Source of the DNA: Azolla caroliniana
Lineage: Eukaryota; Plantae; Polypodiophyta
Direction: 5' to 3'
DNA length: 37,189 nucleotides
Assembly: GCA_043228905.1 (NCBI GenBank)
Contig: JBHGNT010000303.1
Coordinates: 1-37,189 of the forward strand
Part shown: positions 11,397-25,384 of the stretch, in pieces
Position numbering within the stretch: the first letter of the stretch is position 1
Layout of the letters: every line of letters starts with the position of its first letter
The notes under the pieces: model-generated
Told to the model about the DNA's origin: nothing
The model's input: the letters and a program-made list of their open reading frames with translations, nothing else
The model's database searches: none
Position numbers and translations under genes: made by a program

Positions 11397-14300
11397 TTGG
11401 TAATTTCGTCATGTCTCTCGACCTGAGTTTCAAAATCTTGATTTTTTAATTCCATATCATAGCTAGCGTTGTTAGCTTCGATTCGCATGTTTGAACACAA
11501 AAATCCGATCTCACACGAGCCAGGTATGAACATTTTAATTTACCTACTAGCTCTTCCCAACTCATTCCTCAAATTTGGTAATTTCGTCATGTCTCTCGAC
11601 CTGAGTTTTAAAATCTTGATTTTTTAATTCCATATCATAGCTAGCGTTGTTAGCTTCGATTCGCATGTTTGAACACAAAAATCCGATATCACACGAGCCA
11701 GGTATGAACATTTTAATTTACCAACTAGCTCTTCCCAACTCACTCCTCAAATTTGGTAATTTCGTCATGTCTCTCGACCTGAGTTTCAAAATCTTGATTT
11801 TTTAATTCCATATCATAGCTAGCATTGTTAGCTTCGATTCGCATGTTTGAATACAAAAATCCGATATCACACGAGCCAGGTATGAATATTTTAATTTACC
11901 TACTAGCTCTTCCCAACTCATTCGTCAAATTTGGTAATTTCGTCATGTCTCTCGACCTGAGTTTCAAAATCTTGATTTTTTAATTCCATATCATAGCTAG
12001 CGTTGTTAGCTTCAATTCGCATGTTTGAACACAAAAATCCGATATCACACGAGCCAGGTATGAACATTTTAATTTACCAACTAGCTCTTCCCAACTCACT
12101 CCTCAAATTTGGTAATTTCGTCATGTCTCTCGTCCTGAGTTTCGAAATCTTGATTTTTTAATTCTATATCATAGCTAGCGTTGTTAGCTTCGATTCGCAT
12201 GTTTGAACACAAAAATCCGATATCACTCGAGCCAGGTATGAACATTTTAATTTACCAACTAGCTCTTCCCAACTCACTCCTCAAATTTGGTAATTTCGTC
12301 ATGTCTCTCGACCTGAGTTTCAAAATCTTGATTTTTTATTCCATATCATAGCTAGCGTTGTTAGCTTCGATTCGCATGTTTGAACACAAAAATCCGATAT
12401 CACACGAGCCAGGTATGAACATTTTAATTTACTCAAGGGCTCCTCTGAACTCACTCCTCAAATTTGGTAATTTCGTCATGTCTCTCGACCTGAGTTTCAA
12501 AATCTTGATTTTTTAATTCCATATCATAGCTAGCGTTGTTAGCTTCGATTCGCATGTTTGAACACAAAAATCCGATATCACACGAGCCAGGTATGAACAT
12601 TTTAATTTACCTACTAGCTCTTCCCAAATCACTCCTCAAATTTGGTAATTTCGTCATGTGTCTCGACCTGAGTTTCAAAATCTTGATTTTTTAATTCCAT
12701 ATCATAGCTAGCATTGTTAGCTTCGATTCGCATGTTTGAATACAAAAATCCGATATCACACGAGCCAGGTATGAATATTTTAATTTACCTACTAGCTCTT
12801 CCCAACTCATTCCTAAAATTTGGTAATTTCGTCATGTCTCTCGACCTGAGTTTCAAAATCTCGATTTTTTAATTCCATATCATAGCAAGCGTTGTTAGCT
12901 TCGATTCGCATGTTTGAACACAAAAATCCGATATCACACGTGCCAGGTATGAACATTTTAATTTACATGCAAGCTCTTCCCAACTCACTCCTCAAATTTG
13001 GTAATTTCGTCATGTCTCTCGACCTGAGTTTAAAAATCTTGATTTTTTAATTCCATATCATAGCTAGCGTTGTTAGCTTCGATTCGCGTGCTTCAACACA
13101 AAAATCGATATCACACTCCCCAGGTATGAACATTTTAATTTACTCAAGGGCTCCTCTGAACTCCCTCCTCATGTTTGGTAATTTCGTCATGTCTCTCGAC
13201 CTGAGTTTCAAAATCTTGATTTTTTAATTCCATATCATAGCTAGCGTTGTTAGCTTCGATTTGCAGGCTTCAACACAAAAATCCGATATCACGCGAGCCA
13301 GGTATGAACATTTTAATTTACCTACAAGCTCTTCCCAACTCACTCCTCAAATTTGGTAATTTCGTCATATCTCTCGACCTGAGTTTCAAAATCTTGATTT
13401 TTTAATTCCATATCATAGCTAGCATTGTTAGCTTCGATTCGCATGTTTGAACACAAAAATCCGATATCACACTCCCCAGGTATGAACATTTTAATTTACC
13501 TACTAGCTCTTCCCAACTCACTCCTCAAATTTGGTAATTTCGTCATGTCTCTCGACCTGAGTTTCAAAATCTTGATTTTTTAATTCCATATCATAGCTAG
13601 CATTGTTAGCTTCGATTCGCATGTTTGAATACAAAAATCCGATATCACACGAGCCAGGTATGAACATTTTAATTTACCTACAAGCTCTTCCCAACTCACT
13701 CCTGAAATTTGGTAATTTCGTCATGTCTCTCGACCTGAGTTTCAAAATCTTGATTTTTTAATTCCATATCATAGCTAGCATTGTTAGCTTCGATTCGCAT
13801 GTTTGAACACAAAAATCCGATATCACACGAGCCAGGTATGAACATTTTAATTTACCAACTAGCTCTTCCCAACTCACTCCTCAAATTTGGTAATTTCGTC
13901 ATGTCTCTCGACCTGAGTTTCAAAATCTTGATTTTTTAATTCCATATGATAGCTAGCATTGTTAGCTTCGATTCGCATGTTTGAACACAAAAATCCGATA
14001 TCACACGAGCCAGGTATGAACATTTTAATTTACCAACTAGCTCTTCCCAACTCACTCCTCAAATTTGGTAATTTCGTCATGTCTCTTGTCTTGAGTTTCG
14101 AAATCTTGATTTTTTAATTCTATATCATAGCTAGCGTTGTTAGCTTCGATTTGCATGTTTGAACACAAAAATCCGATATCACACGAGCCAGGTATGAACA
14201 TTTTAATTTACCAACTAGCTCTTCCCAACTCACTCCTGAAATTTGGTAATTTCGTCATGTCTCTCGACCTGAGTTTCAAAATCTTGATTTTTTAATTCCA

Positions 14301-16905
14301 TATCATAGCTAGCGTTGTTAGCTTCGATTCGCATGTTTGAACACAAAAATCCGATATCACACGAGCCAGGTATGAACATTTTAATTTACCTACTAGCTCT
14401 TCCCAACTCATTCCTCAAATTTGGTAATTTCGTCATGTCTCTCGACCTGAGTTTTAAAATCTTGATTTTTTAATTCCATATCATAGCTAGCGTTGTTAGC
14501 TTCGATTCGCATGTTTGAACACAAAAATCCGATATCACACGAGCCAGGTATGAACATTTTAATTTACCAACTAGCTCTTCCCAACTCACTCCTCAAATTT
14601 GGTAATTTCGTCATGTCTCTCGACCTGAGTTTCAAAATCTTGATTTTTTAATTCCATATCATAGCTAGCATTGTTAGCTTCGATTCGCATGTTTGAATAC
14701 AAAAATCCGATATCACACGAGCCAGGTATGAATATTTTAATTTACCTACTAGCTCTTCCCAACTCATTCGTCAAATTTGGTAATTTCGTCATGTCTCTCG
14801 ACCTGAGTTTCAAAATCTTGATTTTTTAATTCCATATCATAGCTAGCGTTGTTAGCTTCAATTCGCATGTTTGAACACAAAAATCCGATATCACACGAGC
14901 CAGGTATGAACATTTTAATTTACCAACTAGCTCTTCCCAACTCACTCCTCAAATTTGGTAATTTTGTCATGTCTCTCGTCCTGAGTTTCGAAATCTTGAT
15001 TTTTTAATTCTATATCATAGCTAGCGTTGTTAGCTTCGATTCGCATGTTTGAACACAAAAATCCGATATCACACGAGCCAGGTATGAACATTTTAATTTA
15101 CCAACTAGCTCTTCCCAACTCACTCCTCAAATTTGGTAATTTCGTCATGTCTCTCGACCTGAGTTTCAAAATCTTGATTTTTTATTCCATATCATAGCTA
15201 GCGTTGTTAGCTTCGATTCGCATGTTTGAACACAAAAATCCGATATCACACGAGCCAGGTATGAACATTTTAATTTACTCAAGGGCTCCTCTGAACTCAC
15301 TCCTCAAATTTGGTAATTTCGTCATGTCTCTCGACCTGAGTTTCAAAATCTTGATTTTTTAATTCCATATCATAGCTAGCGTTGTTAGCTTCGATTCGCA
15401 TGTTTGAACACAAAAATCCGATATCACACGAGCCAGGTATGAACATTTTAATTTACCTACTAGCTCTTCCCAAATCACTCCTCAAATTTGGTAATTTCGT
15501 CATGTGTCTCGACCTGAGTTTCAAAATCTTGATTTTTTAATTCCATATCATAGCTAGCATTGTTAGCTTCGATTCGCATGTTTGAATACAAAAATCCGAT
15601 ATCACACGAGCCAGGTATGAATATTTTAATTTACCTACTAGCTCTTCCCAACTCATTCCTAAAATTTGGTAATTTCGTCATGTCTCTCGACCTGAGTTTC
15701 AAAATCTCGATTTTTTAATTCCATATCATAGCAAGCGTTGTTAGCTTCGATTCGCATGTTTGAACACAAAAATCCGATATCACACGTGCCAGGTATGAAC
15801 ATTTTAATTTACATGCAAGCTCTTCCCAACTCACTCCTCAAATTTGGTAATTTCGTCATGTCTCTCGACCTGAGTTTAAAAATCTTGATTTTTTAATTCC
15901 ATATCATAGCTAGCGTTGTTAGCTTCGATTCGCGTGCTTCAACACAAAAATCGATATCACACTCCCCAGGTATGAACATTTTAATTTACTCAAGGGCTCC
16001 TCTGAACTCCCTCCTCATGTTTGGTAATTTCGTCATGTCTCTCGACCTGAGTTTCAAAATCTTGATTTTTTAATTCCATATCATAGCTAGCGTTGTTAGC
16101 TTCGATTTGCAGGCTTCAACACAAAAATCCGATATCACGCGAGCCAGGTATGAACATTTTAATTTACCTACAAGCTCTTCCCAACTCACTCCTCAAATTT
16201 GGTAATTTCGTCATATCTCTCGACCTGAGTTTCAAAATCTTGATTTTTTAATTCCATATCATAGCTAGCATTGTTAGCTTCGATTCGCATGTTTGAACAC
16301 AAAAATCCGATATCACACTCCCCAGGTATGAACATTTTAATTTACCTACTAGCTCTTCCCAACTCACTCCTCAAATTTGGTAATTTCGTCATGTCTCTCG
16401 ACCTGAGTTTCAAAATCTTGATTTTTTAATTCCATATCATAGCTAGCATTGTTAGCTTCGATTCGCATGTTTGAATACAAAAATCCGATATCACACGAGC
16501 CAGGTATGAACATTTTAATTTACCTACAAGCTCTTCCCAACTCACTCCTCAAATTTGGTAATTTCGTCATGTCTCTCGACCTGAGTTTCAAAATCTTGAT
16601 TTTTTAATTCCATATGATAGCTAGCATTGTTAGCTTCGATTCGCATGTTTGAACACAAAAATCCGATATCACACGAGCCAGGTATGAACATTTTAATTTA
16701 CCAACTAGCTCTTCCCAACTCACTCCTCAAATTTGGTAATTTCGTCATGTCTCTCGTCTTGAGTTTCGAAATCTTGATTTTTTAATTCTATATCATAGCT
16801 AGCGTTGTTAGCTTCGATTTGCATGTTTGAACACAAAAATCCGATATCACACGAGCCAGGTATGAACATTTTAATTTACCAACTAGCTCTTCCCAACTCA
16901 CTCCT
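11397..16905. repeat. Higher-order repeat pair: a 16-monomer unit followed by a 15-monomer copy
   Basis: Markers recur at +2846 (16x178-2): ttcgtcaaa 11921/14767, ttcaattc 12011/14857, tttattcc 12338/15184, aatcgat 13105/15951. The later marker catatgat (13943/16611) is at +2668, one monomer fewer. Confidence 0.9.
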
Positions 16906-19376
16906 CAAATTTGGTAATTTCGTCATGTCTCTCGACCTGAGTTTCAAAATCTTGATTTTTTAATTCCATATCATAGCTAGCATTGTTAGCTTCGATTCGC
17001 ATGTTTGAATACAAAAATCCGATATCACACGAGCCAGGTATGAATATTTTAATTTACCTACTAGCTCTTCCCAACTCATTCCGAAAATTTGGTAATTTCG
17101 TCATGTCTCTCGACCTGAGTTTCAAAATCTTGATTTTTTAATTCCATATCATAGCTAGCATTGTTAGCTTCGATTCGCATGTTTGAACACAAAAATCCGA
17201 TATCACACGAGCCAGGTATGAACATTTTAATTTACCTACTAGCTCTTCCCAACTCATTCCTCAAATTTGGTAATTTCGTCATGTCTCTCGACCTGAGTTT
17301 CAAAATCTTGATTTTTTAATTCCATATCATAGCTAGCATTGTTAGCTTCGATTCGCATGTTTGAATACAAAAATCCGATATCACACGAGCCAGGTATGAA
17401 TATTTTAATTTACCTACTAGCTCTTCCCAACTCATTCCTAAAATTTGGTAATTTCGTCATGTCTCTCGACCTGAGTTTCAAAATCTCGTTTTTTTAATTC
17501 CATATCATAGCAAGCGTTGTTAGCTTCGATTCGCATGTTTGAACACAAAAATCCGATATCACACGAGCTAGATATGAACATTTTAATTTACCTACTAGCT
17601 CTTCCCAACTCATTCCTCAAATTTGGTAATTTCGTCATGTCTCTCGACCTGAGTTTCAAAATCTTGATTTTTTAATTCCATATCATAGCTAGCGTTGTTA
17701 GCTTCGATTCGCATGTTTGAACACAAAAATCCGATATCACACGAGCCAGGTATGAACATTTTAATTTACCAACTAGCTCTTCCCAACTCACTCCTCAAAT
17801 TTGGTAATTTCGTCATGTCTCTCGTCCTGAGTTTCGAAATCTTGATTTTTTAATTCTATATCATAGCTAGCGTTGTTAGCTTCGATTCGCATGTTTGAAC
17901 ACAAAAATCCGATATCACACGAGCCAGGTATGAACATTTTAATTTACCAACTAGCTCTTCCCAACTCACTCCTCAAATTTGGTAATTTCGTCATGTCTCT
18001 CGACCTGAGTTTCAAAATCTTGATTTTTTAATTCCATATCATAGCTAGCATTGTTAGCTTCGATTCGCATGTTTGAATACAAAAATCCGATATCACACGA
18101 GCCAGGTATGAACATTTTAATTTACCTACTAGCTCTTCCCAACTCATTCCTAAAATTTGGTAATTTCGTCATGTCTCTCGACCTGAGTTTCAAAATCTTG
18201 ATTTTTTAATTCCATATTATAGCTAGCATTGTTAGCTTCGATTCGCATGTTTGAACACGAAAATCCGATATCACACGAGCCAGGTATGAACATTTTAATT
18301 TACCTACTAGCTCTTCCCAACTCACTCCTCAAATTTGGTAATTTCGTCATGTCTCTCGACCTGAGTTTCAAAATCTTGATTTTTTAATTCCATATCATAG
18401 CTAGCGTTGTTAGCTTCGATTCGCGTGCTTCAACACAGAAATCCGATATCACACGAGCCAGGTATGAACATTTTAATTTACTCAAGGGCTCCTGTGAACT
18501 CCCTCCTCATGTTTGGTAATTTCGTCATGTCTCTTGACCTGAGTTTCAAAATCTTGATTTTTTAATTCCATATCATAGCTAGCATTGTTAGCTTCGATTC
18601 GCATGTTTGAACACAAAAATCCGATATCACACGTGCCAGGTATGAACATTTTAATTTACCTACAAGCTCTTCCCAACTCACTCCTCAAATTTGGTAATTT
18701 CGTCATGTCTCTCGACCTGAGTTTCAAAATCTTGATTTTTTAATTCCATATCATAGCTAGCGTTGTTAGCTTCGATTCGCGTGCTTCAACACAAAAATCC
18801 GATATCACACTCCCCAGGTATGAACATTTTAATTTACTCAAGGGCTCCTCTGAACTCCCTCCTCATGTTTGGTAATTTCGTCATGTCTCTCGACCTGAGT
18901 TTCAAAATCTTGATTTTTTAATTCCATATCATAGCTAGCATTGTTAGCTTCGATTCGCATGTTTGAACACAAAAATCCGATATCACACGAGCCAGGTATG
19001 AACATTTTAATTTACCTACTAGCTCTTCCCAACTCACTCCTCAAATTTGGTAATTTCGTCATGTCTGTCGACCTGAGTTTCAAAATCTTGATTTTTTAAT
19101 TCCATATCATAGCTAGCATTGTTAGCTTCGATTCGCATGTTTGAACACAAAAATCCGATATCACACGAGCCAGGTATGAACATTTTAATTTACCTACTAG
19201 CTCTTCCCAACTCATTCCTCAAATTTGGTAATTTCGTCATGTCTCTCGACCTGAGTTTCAAAATCTTGAATTTTTAATTCCATATCATAGCTAGCGTTGT
19301 TAGCTTCGATTCGCATGTTTGAACACAAAAATCCGATATCACACGAGCCAGGTATGAACATTTTAATTTACCTACT

Positions 19377-22300
19377 AGCTCTTCCCAACTCACTCCTCAA
19401 ATTTGGTAATTTCGTCATGTCTCTCGACCTGAGTTTCAAAATCTTGATTTTTTAATTCCATATCATAGCTAGCGTTGTTAGCTTCGATTCGCATGTTTGA
19501 ACACAAAAATCCGATATCACACGAGCCAGGTATGAACATTTTAATTTACCTACTAGCTCTTCCCAACTCACTCCTCAAATTTGGTAATTTCGTCATGTCT
19601 CTCGACCTGAGTTTCAAAATCTTGATTTTTTAATTCCATATCATAGCTAGCGTTGTTACCTTTGATTCGCATGTTTGAACACAAAAATCCGATATCACAC
19701 GAGCCAGGTATGAACATTTTAATTTACCAACTAGCTCTTCCCAACTCACTCCTCAAATTTGGTAATTTCGTCATGTCTCTCGACCTGAGTTTCAAAATCT
19801 TGATTTTTTAATTCCATATCATAGCTAGCATTGTTAGCTTCGATTCGCATGTTTGAATACAAAAATCCGATATCACACGAGCCAGGTATGAATATTTTAA
19901 TTTACCTACTAGCTCTTCCCAACTCATTCCTAAAATTTGGTAATTTCGTCATGTCTCTCGACCTGAGTTTCAAAATCTTGATTTTTTAATTCCATATCAT
20001 AGCTAGCGTTGTTAGCTCTGATTCGCGTGCTTCAACACAAAAATCCGATATCACACTCCCCAGGTATGAACATTTTAATTGACTCAAGGGCTCCTCTGAA
20101 CTCCCTCCTCATGTTTGGTAATTTCGTCATGTCTCTCGACCTGAGTTTCAAAATCTTGATTTTTTAATTCCATATCATAGCTAGCATTGTTAGCTTCGAT
20201 TCGCATGTTTGAACACAAAAATCCGATATCACACGTGCCAGGTATGAACATTTTAATTTACCTACAGGCTCTTCCCAACTCACTCCTCAAATTTGGTAAT
20301 TTCGTCATGTCTCTCGACCTGAGTTTCAAAATCTTGATTTTTTAATTCCATATCATAGCTAGCGTTGTTAGCTTCGATTCGCGTGCTTCAACACAAAAAT
20401 CCGATATCACACTCCCCAGGTATGAACATTTTAATTTACTCAAGGGCTCCTCTGAACTCCCTCCTCATGTTTGGTAATTTCGTCATGTCTCTCGACCTGA
20501 GTTTCAAAATCTTGTTTTTTTAATTCCATATCATAGCTAGCATTGTTAGCTTCGATTCGCATGTTTGAACACAAAAATCCGATATCACACGAGCCAGGTA
20601 TGAACATTTTAATTTACCTACTAGCTCTTCCCAACTCACTCCTCAAATTTGGTAATTTCGTCATGTCTCTCGTCCTGAGTTTCAAAATCTTGATTTTTTA
20701 ATTCTATATCATAGCTAGCGTTGTTAGCTTCGATTCGCATGTTTGAACACAAAAATCCGATATCACACGAGCCAGGTATGAACATTTTAATTTACCAACT
20801 AGCTCTTCCCAACTCACTCCTCAAATTTGGTAATTTCGTCATGTCTCTCGACCTGAGTTTAAAAATCTTGATTTTTTAATTCCATATCATAGCTAGCATT
20901 GTTAGCTTCGATTCGCATGTTTGAATACAAAAATCCGATATCACACGAGCCAGGTATGAATATTTTAATTTACCTACTAGCTCTTCCCAACTCATTCCTA
21001 AAATTTGGTAATTTCGTCATGTCTCTCGATCTGAGTTTCAAAATCTTGATTTTTTAATTCCATATCATAGCAAGCGTTGTTAGCTTGGATTCGCATGTTT
21101 GAACACAAAAATCCGATATCACACGTGCCAGGTATGAACATTTTAATTTACCTACAAGCTCTTCCCAACTCACTCCTCAAATTTGGTAATTTCGTCATGT
21201 CTCTCGACCTGAGTTTCAAAATCTTCATTTTTTAATTCCATATCATAGCTAGCGTTGTTAGCTCTGATTCGCGTGCTTCAACACAAAAATCCGATATCAC
21301 ACTCCCCAGGTATGAACATTTTAATTGACTCAAGGGCTCCTCTGAACTCCCTCCTCATGTTTGGTAATTTCGTCATGTCTCTCGACCTGAGTTTCAAAAT
21401 CTTGATTTTTTAATTCCATATCGTAGCTAGCATTGTTAGCTTCGATTCGCATGTTTGAACACAAAAATCCGATATCACACGAGCCAGGTATGAACATTTT
21501 AATTTACCTACTAGCTCTTCCCAACTCACTCCTCAAATTTGGTAATTTCGTCATGTCTCTCGACCTGAGTTTCAAAATTTTGATTTTTTAATTCCATATC
21601 ATAGCTAGCGTTGTTAGCTTCGATTTGCAGGCTTCAACACAAAAATCCGATATCACACGAGCCAGGTATGAACATTTTAATTTACCTACAAGCTCTTCCC
21701 AACTCACTCCTCAAATTTGGTAATTTCGTCATGTCTCTCGACCTGAGTTTCAAAATCTTGATTTTTTAATTCCATATCATAGCTAGCGTTGTTAGCTTCG
21801 ATTCGCATGTTTGAACACAAAAATCCGATATCACACGAGCCAGGTATGAACATTTTAATTTACCTACTAGCTCTTCCCAACTCACTCCTCAAATTTGGTA
21901 ATTTTGTCATGTCTCTCGACCTGAGTTTCAAAATCTTGATTTTTTAATTCCATATCATAGCTAGCGTTGTTACCTTTGATTCGCATGTTTGAACACAAAA
22001 ATCCGATATCACACGAGCCAGGTATGAACATTTTAATTTACCAACTAGCTCTTCCCAACTCACTCCTCAAATTTGGTAATTTCGTCATGTCTCTCGACCT
22101 GAGTTTCAAAATCTTGATTTTTAAATTCCATATCATAGCTAGCATTGTTAGCTTCGATTCGCATGTTTGAATACAAAAATCCGATATCACACGAGCCAGG
22201 TATGAATATTTTAATTTACCTACTAGCTCTTCCCAACTCATTCCTAAAATTTGGTCATTTCGTCATGTCTCTCGACCTGAGTTTCAAAATCTTGATTTTT

Positions 22301-24046
22301 TAATTCCATATCATAGCTAGCGTTGTTAGCTCTGATTCGCGTGCTTCAACACAAAAATCCGATATCACACTCCCCAGGTATGAACATTTTAATTGACTCA
22401 AGGGCTCCTCTGAACTCCCTCCTCATGTTTGGTAATTTCGTCATGTCTCTCGACCTGAGTTTCAAAATCTTGATTTTTTAATTCCATATCATAGCTAGCA
22501 TTGTTAGCTTCGATTCGCATGTTTGAACACAAAAATCCGATATCACACGTGCCAGGTATGAACATTTTAATTTACCTACAAGCTCTTCCCAACTCACTCC
22601 TCAAATTTGGTAATTTCGTCATGTCTCTCGACCTGAGTTTCAAAATCTTGATTTTTTAATTCCATATCATAGCTAGCGTTGTTAGCTTCGATTCGCGTGC
22701 TTCAACACAAAAATCCGATATCACACTCCCCAGGTATGAACATTTTAATTTACTCAAGGGCTCCTCTGAACTCCCTCCTCATGTTTGGTAATTTCGTCAT
22801 GTCTCTCGACCTGAGTTTCAAAATCTTGATTTTTTAATTCCATATCATAGCTAGCATTGTTAGCTTCGATTCGCATGTTTGAACACAAAAATCCGATATC
22901 ACACGAGCCAGGTATGAACATTTTAATTTACCAACTAGCTCTTCCCAACTCACTCCTCAAATTTGGTAATTTCGTCATGTCTCTCGTCCTGAGTTTCAAA
23001 ATCTTGATTTTTTAATTCTATATCATAGCTAGCGTTGTTAGCTTCGATTCGCATGTTTGAACACAAAAATCCGATATCACACGAGCCAGGTATGAACATT
23101 TTAATTTACCAACTAGCTCTTCCCAACTCACTCCTCAAATTTGGTAATTTCGTCATGTCTCTCGACCTGAGTTTAAAAATCTTGATTTTTTAATTCCATA
23201 TCATAGCTAGCATTGTTAGCTTCGATTCGCATGTTTGAATACAAAAATCCGATATCACACGAGCCAGGTATGAATATTTTAATTTACCTACTAGCTCTTC
23301 CCAACTCATTCCTAAAATTTGGTAATTTCGTCATGTCTCTCGATCTGAGTTTCAAAATCTTGATTTTTTAATTCCATATCATAGCAAGCGTTGTTAGCTT
23401 GGATTCGCATGTTTGAACACAAAAATCCGATATCACACGTGCCAGGTATGAACATTTTAATTTACCTACAAGCTCTTCCCAACTCACTCCTCAAATTTGG
23501 TAATTTCGTCATGTCTCTCGACCTGAGTTTCAAAATCTTCATTTTTTAATTCCATATCATAGCTAGCGTTGTTAGCTCTGATTTGCGTGCTTCAACACAA
23601 AAATCCGATATCACACTCCCCAGGTATGAACATTTTAATTGACTCAAGGGCTCCTCTGAACTCCCTCCTCATGTTTGGTAATTTCGTCATGTCTCTCGAC
23701 CTGAGTTTCAAAATCTTGATTTTTTAATTCCATATCGTAGCTAGCATTGTTAGCTTCGATTCGCATGTTTGAACACAAAAATCCGATATCACACGAGCCA
23801 GGTATGAACATTTTAATTTACCTACTAGCTCTTCCCAACTCACTCCTCAAATTTGGTAATTTCGTCATGTCTCTCGACCTGAGTTTCAAAATTTTGATTT
23901 TTTAATTCCATATCATAGCTAGCGTTGTTAGCTTCGATTTGCAGGCTTCAACACAAAAATCCGATATCACACGAGCCAGGTATGAACATTTTAATTTACC
24001 TACAAGCTCTTCCCAACTCACTCCTCAAATTTGGTAATTTCGTCAT
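19377..24046. repeat. Tandem duplication of a 13-monomer higher-order repeat (period 2314 bp)
   Basis: Markers recur at +2314: ttacctttgat 19658/21972, cgatctgag 21030/23344, atcttcatt 21221/23535, tcgtagc 21421/23735, plus agcttggat and caaaattttg. Confidence 0.93.
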
Positions 24047-25268
24047 ATCTCTCGACCTGAGTTTCAAAATCTTGATTTTTTAATTCCATATCATAGCTAG
24101 CATTGTTAGCTTCGATTCGCATGTTTGAACACAAAAATCCGATATCACACGAGCCAGGTATGAACATTTTAATTTACTCAAGGGCTCCTCTGAACTCCCT
24201 CCTCATGTTTGGTAATTTCGTCATGTCTCTCGACCTGAGTTTCAAAATCTTGATTTTTTAATTCCATATCATAGCTAGCATTGCTAGCTTCGATTCGCAT
24301 GTTTGAACACAAAAATCCGATATCACACGAGCCAGGTATGAACATTTTAATTTACCTACTAGCTCTTCCCAACTCACTCCTCAAATTTGGTAATTTCGTC
24401 ATGTCTCTCGACCTGAGTTTCAAAATTTTGATTTTTTAATTCCATATCATAGCTAGCGTTGTTAGCTTCGATTTGCAGGCTTCAACACAAAAATCCGATA
24501 TCACACGAGCCAGGTATGAACACTTTAATTTACCTACAAGCTCTTCCCAACTCACTCCTCAAATTTGGTAATTTCGTCATATCTCTCGACCTGAGTTTCA
24601 AAATCTTGATTTTTTATTTCCATATGATAGCTAGCGTTGTTAGCTTCGATTCGCGTGCTTCAACACAAAAATCCGATATCACACGAGCCAGGTATGAACA
24701 TTTTAATTTACTCAAGGGCTCCTCTGAACTCCCTCCTCATGTTTGGTAATTTCGTCATGTCTCTTGACCTGAGTTTCAAAATTTTGATTTTTTAATTCCA
24801 TATCATAGCTAGCATTGTTAGCTTCGATTCGCATGTTTGAACACAAAAATCCGATATCACACGAGCCAGGTATGAACATTTTAATTTATCAACGAGATCT
24901 TCCCAACTCACTCCTCAAATTTGGTAATTTCGTCATGTCTCTCGACCTGAGTTTCAAAATCTTGATTTTTTAATTCCATATAATAGCTAGCGTTGTTAGC
25001 TTCGATTCGCATGTTTGAACACGAAAATCCGATATCACACGAGCCAGGTATGAACATTTTAATTTACCTACAAGCTCTTCCCAACTCACTCCTCAAATTT
25101 GGTAATTTCGTCATATCTCTCGACCTGAGTTTAAAAATCTTGATTTTTTAATTCCATATCATAGCTAGCATTGTTAGCTTCGATTCGCATGTTTGAACAC
25201 AAAAATCCGATATCACACTCCCCAGGTATGAACATTTTAATTTAGCTACTAGCTCTTCCCAACTCACT

Positions 25269-25384
25269 CCTTAAATTTGGTAATTTCGTCATGTCTCGAT
25301 TTGCAGGCTTCAACACAAAAATCCGATATCACACGAGCCAGGTATGAACATTTTAATTTACCTACAAGCTCTTCCCAACTCACT
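25269..25384. repeat. Truncated monomer (116 bp; 62-bp internal deletion)
   Basis: The junction atgtctc|gatttgcagg at ~25297 joins monomer position ~29 to ~92. The next monomer starts 116 bp later. Confidence 0.93.

Noticed and set aside
6307-24749. Plus-strand ORFs of 67-96 aa (6307, 7553, 10935, 21967, 24459)
   Set aside because: They are translations of the satellite starting at TTG. They pass the length cutoff only where a substitution removes the TAA in ttttttaattcc, and they show no recognisable domain or gene context.
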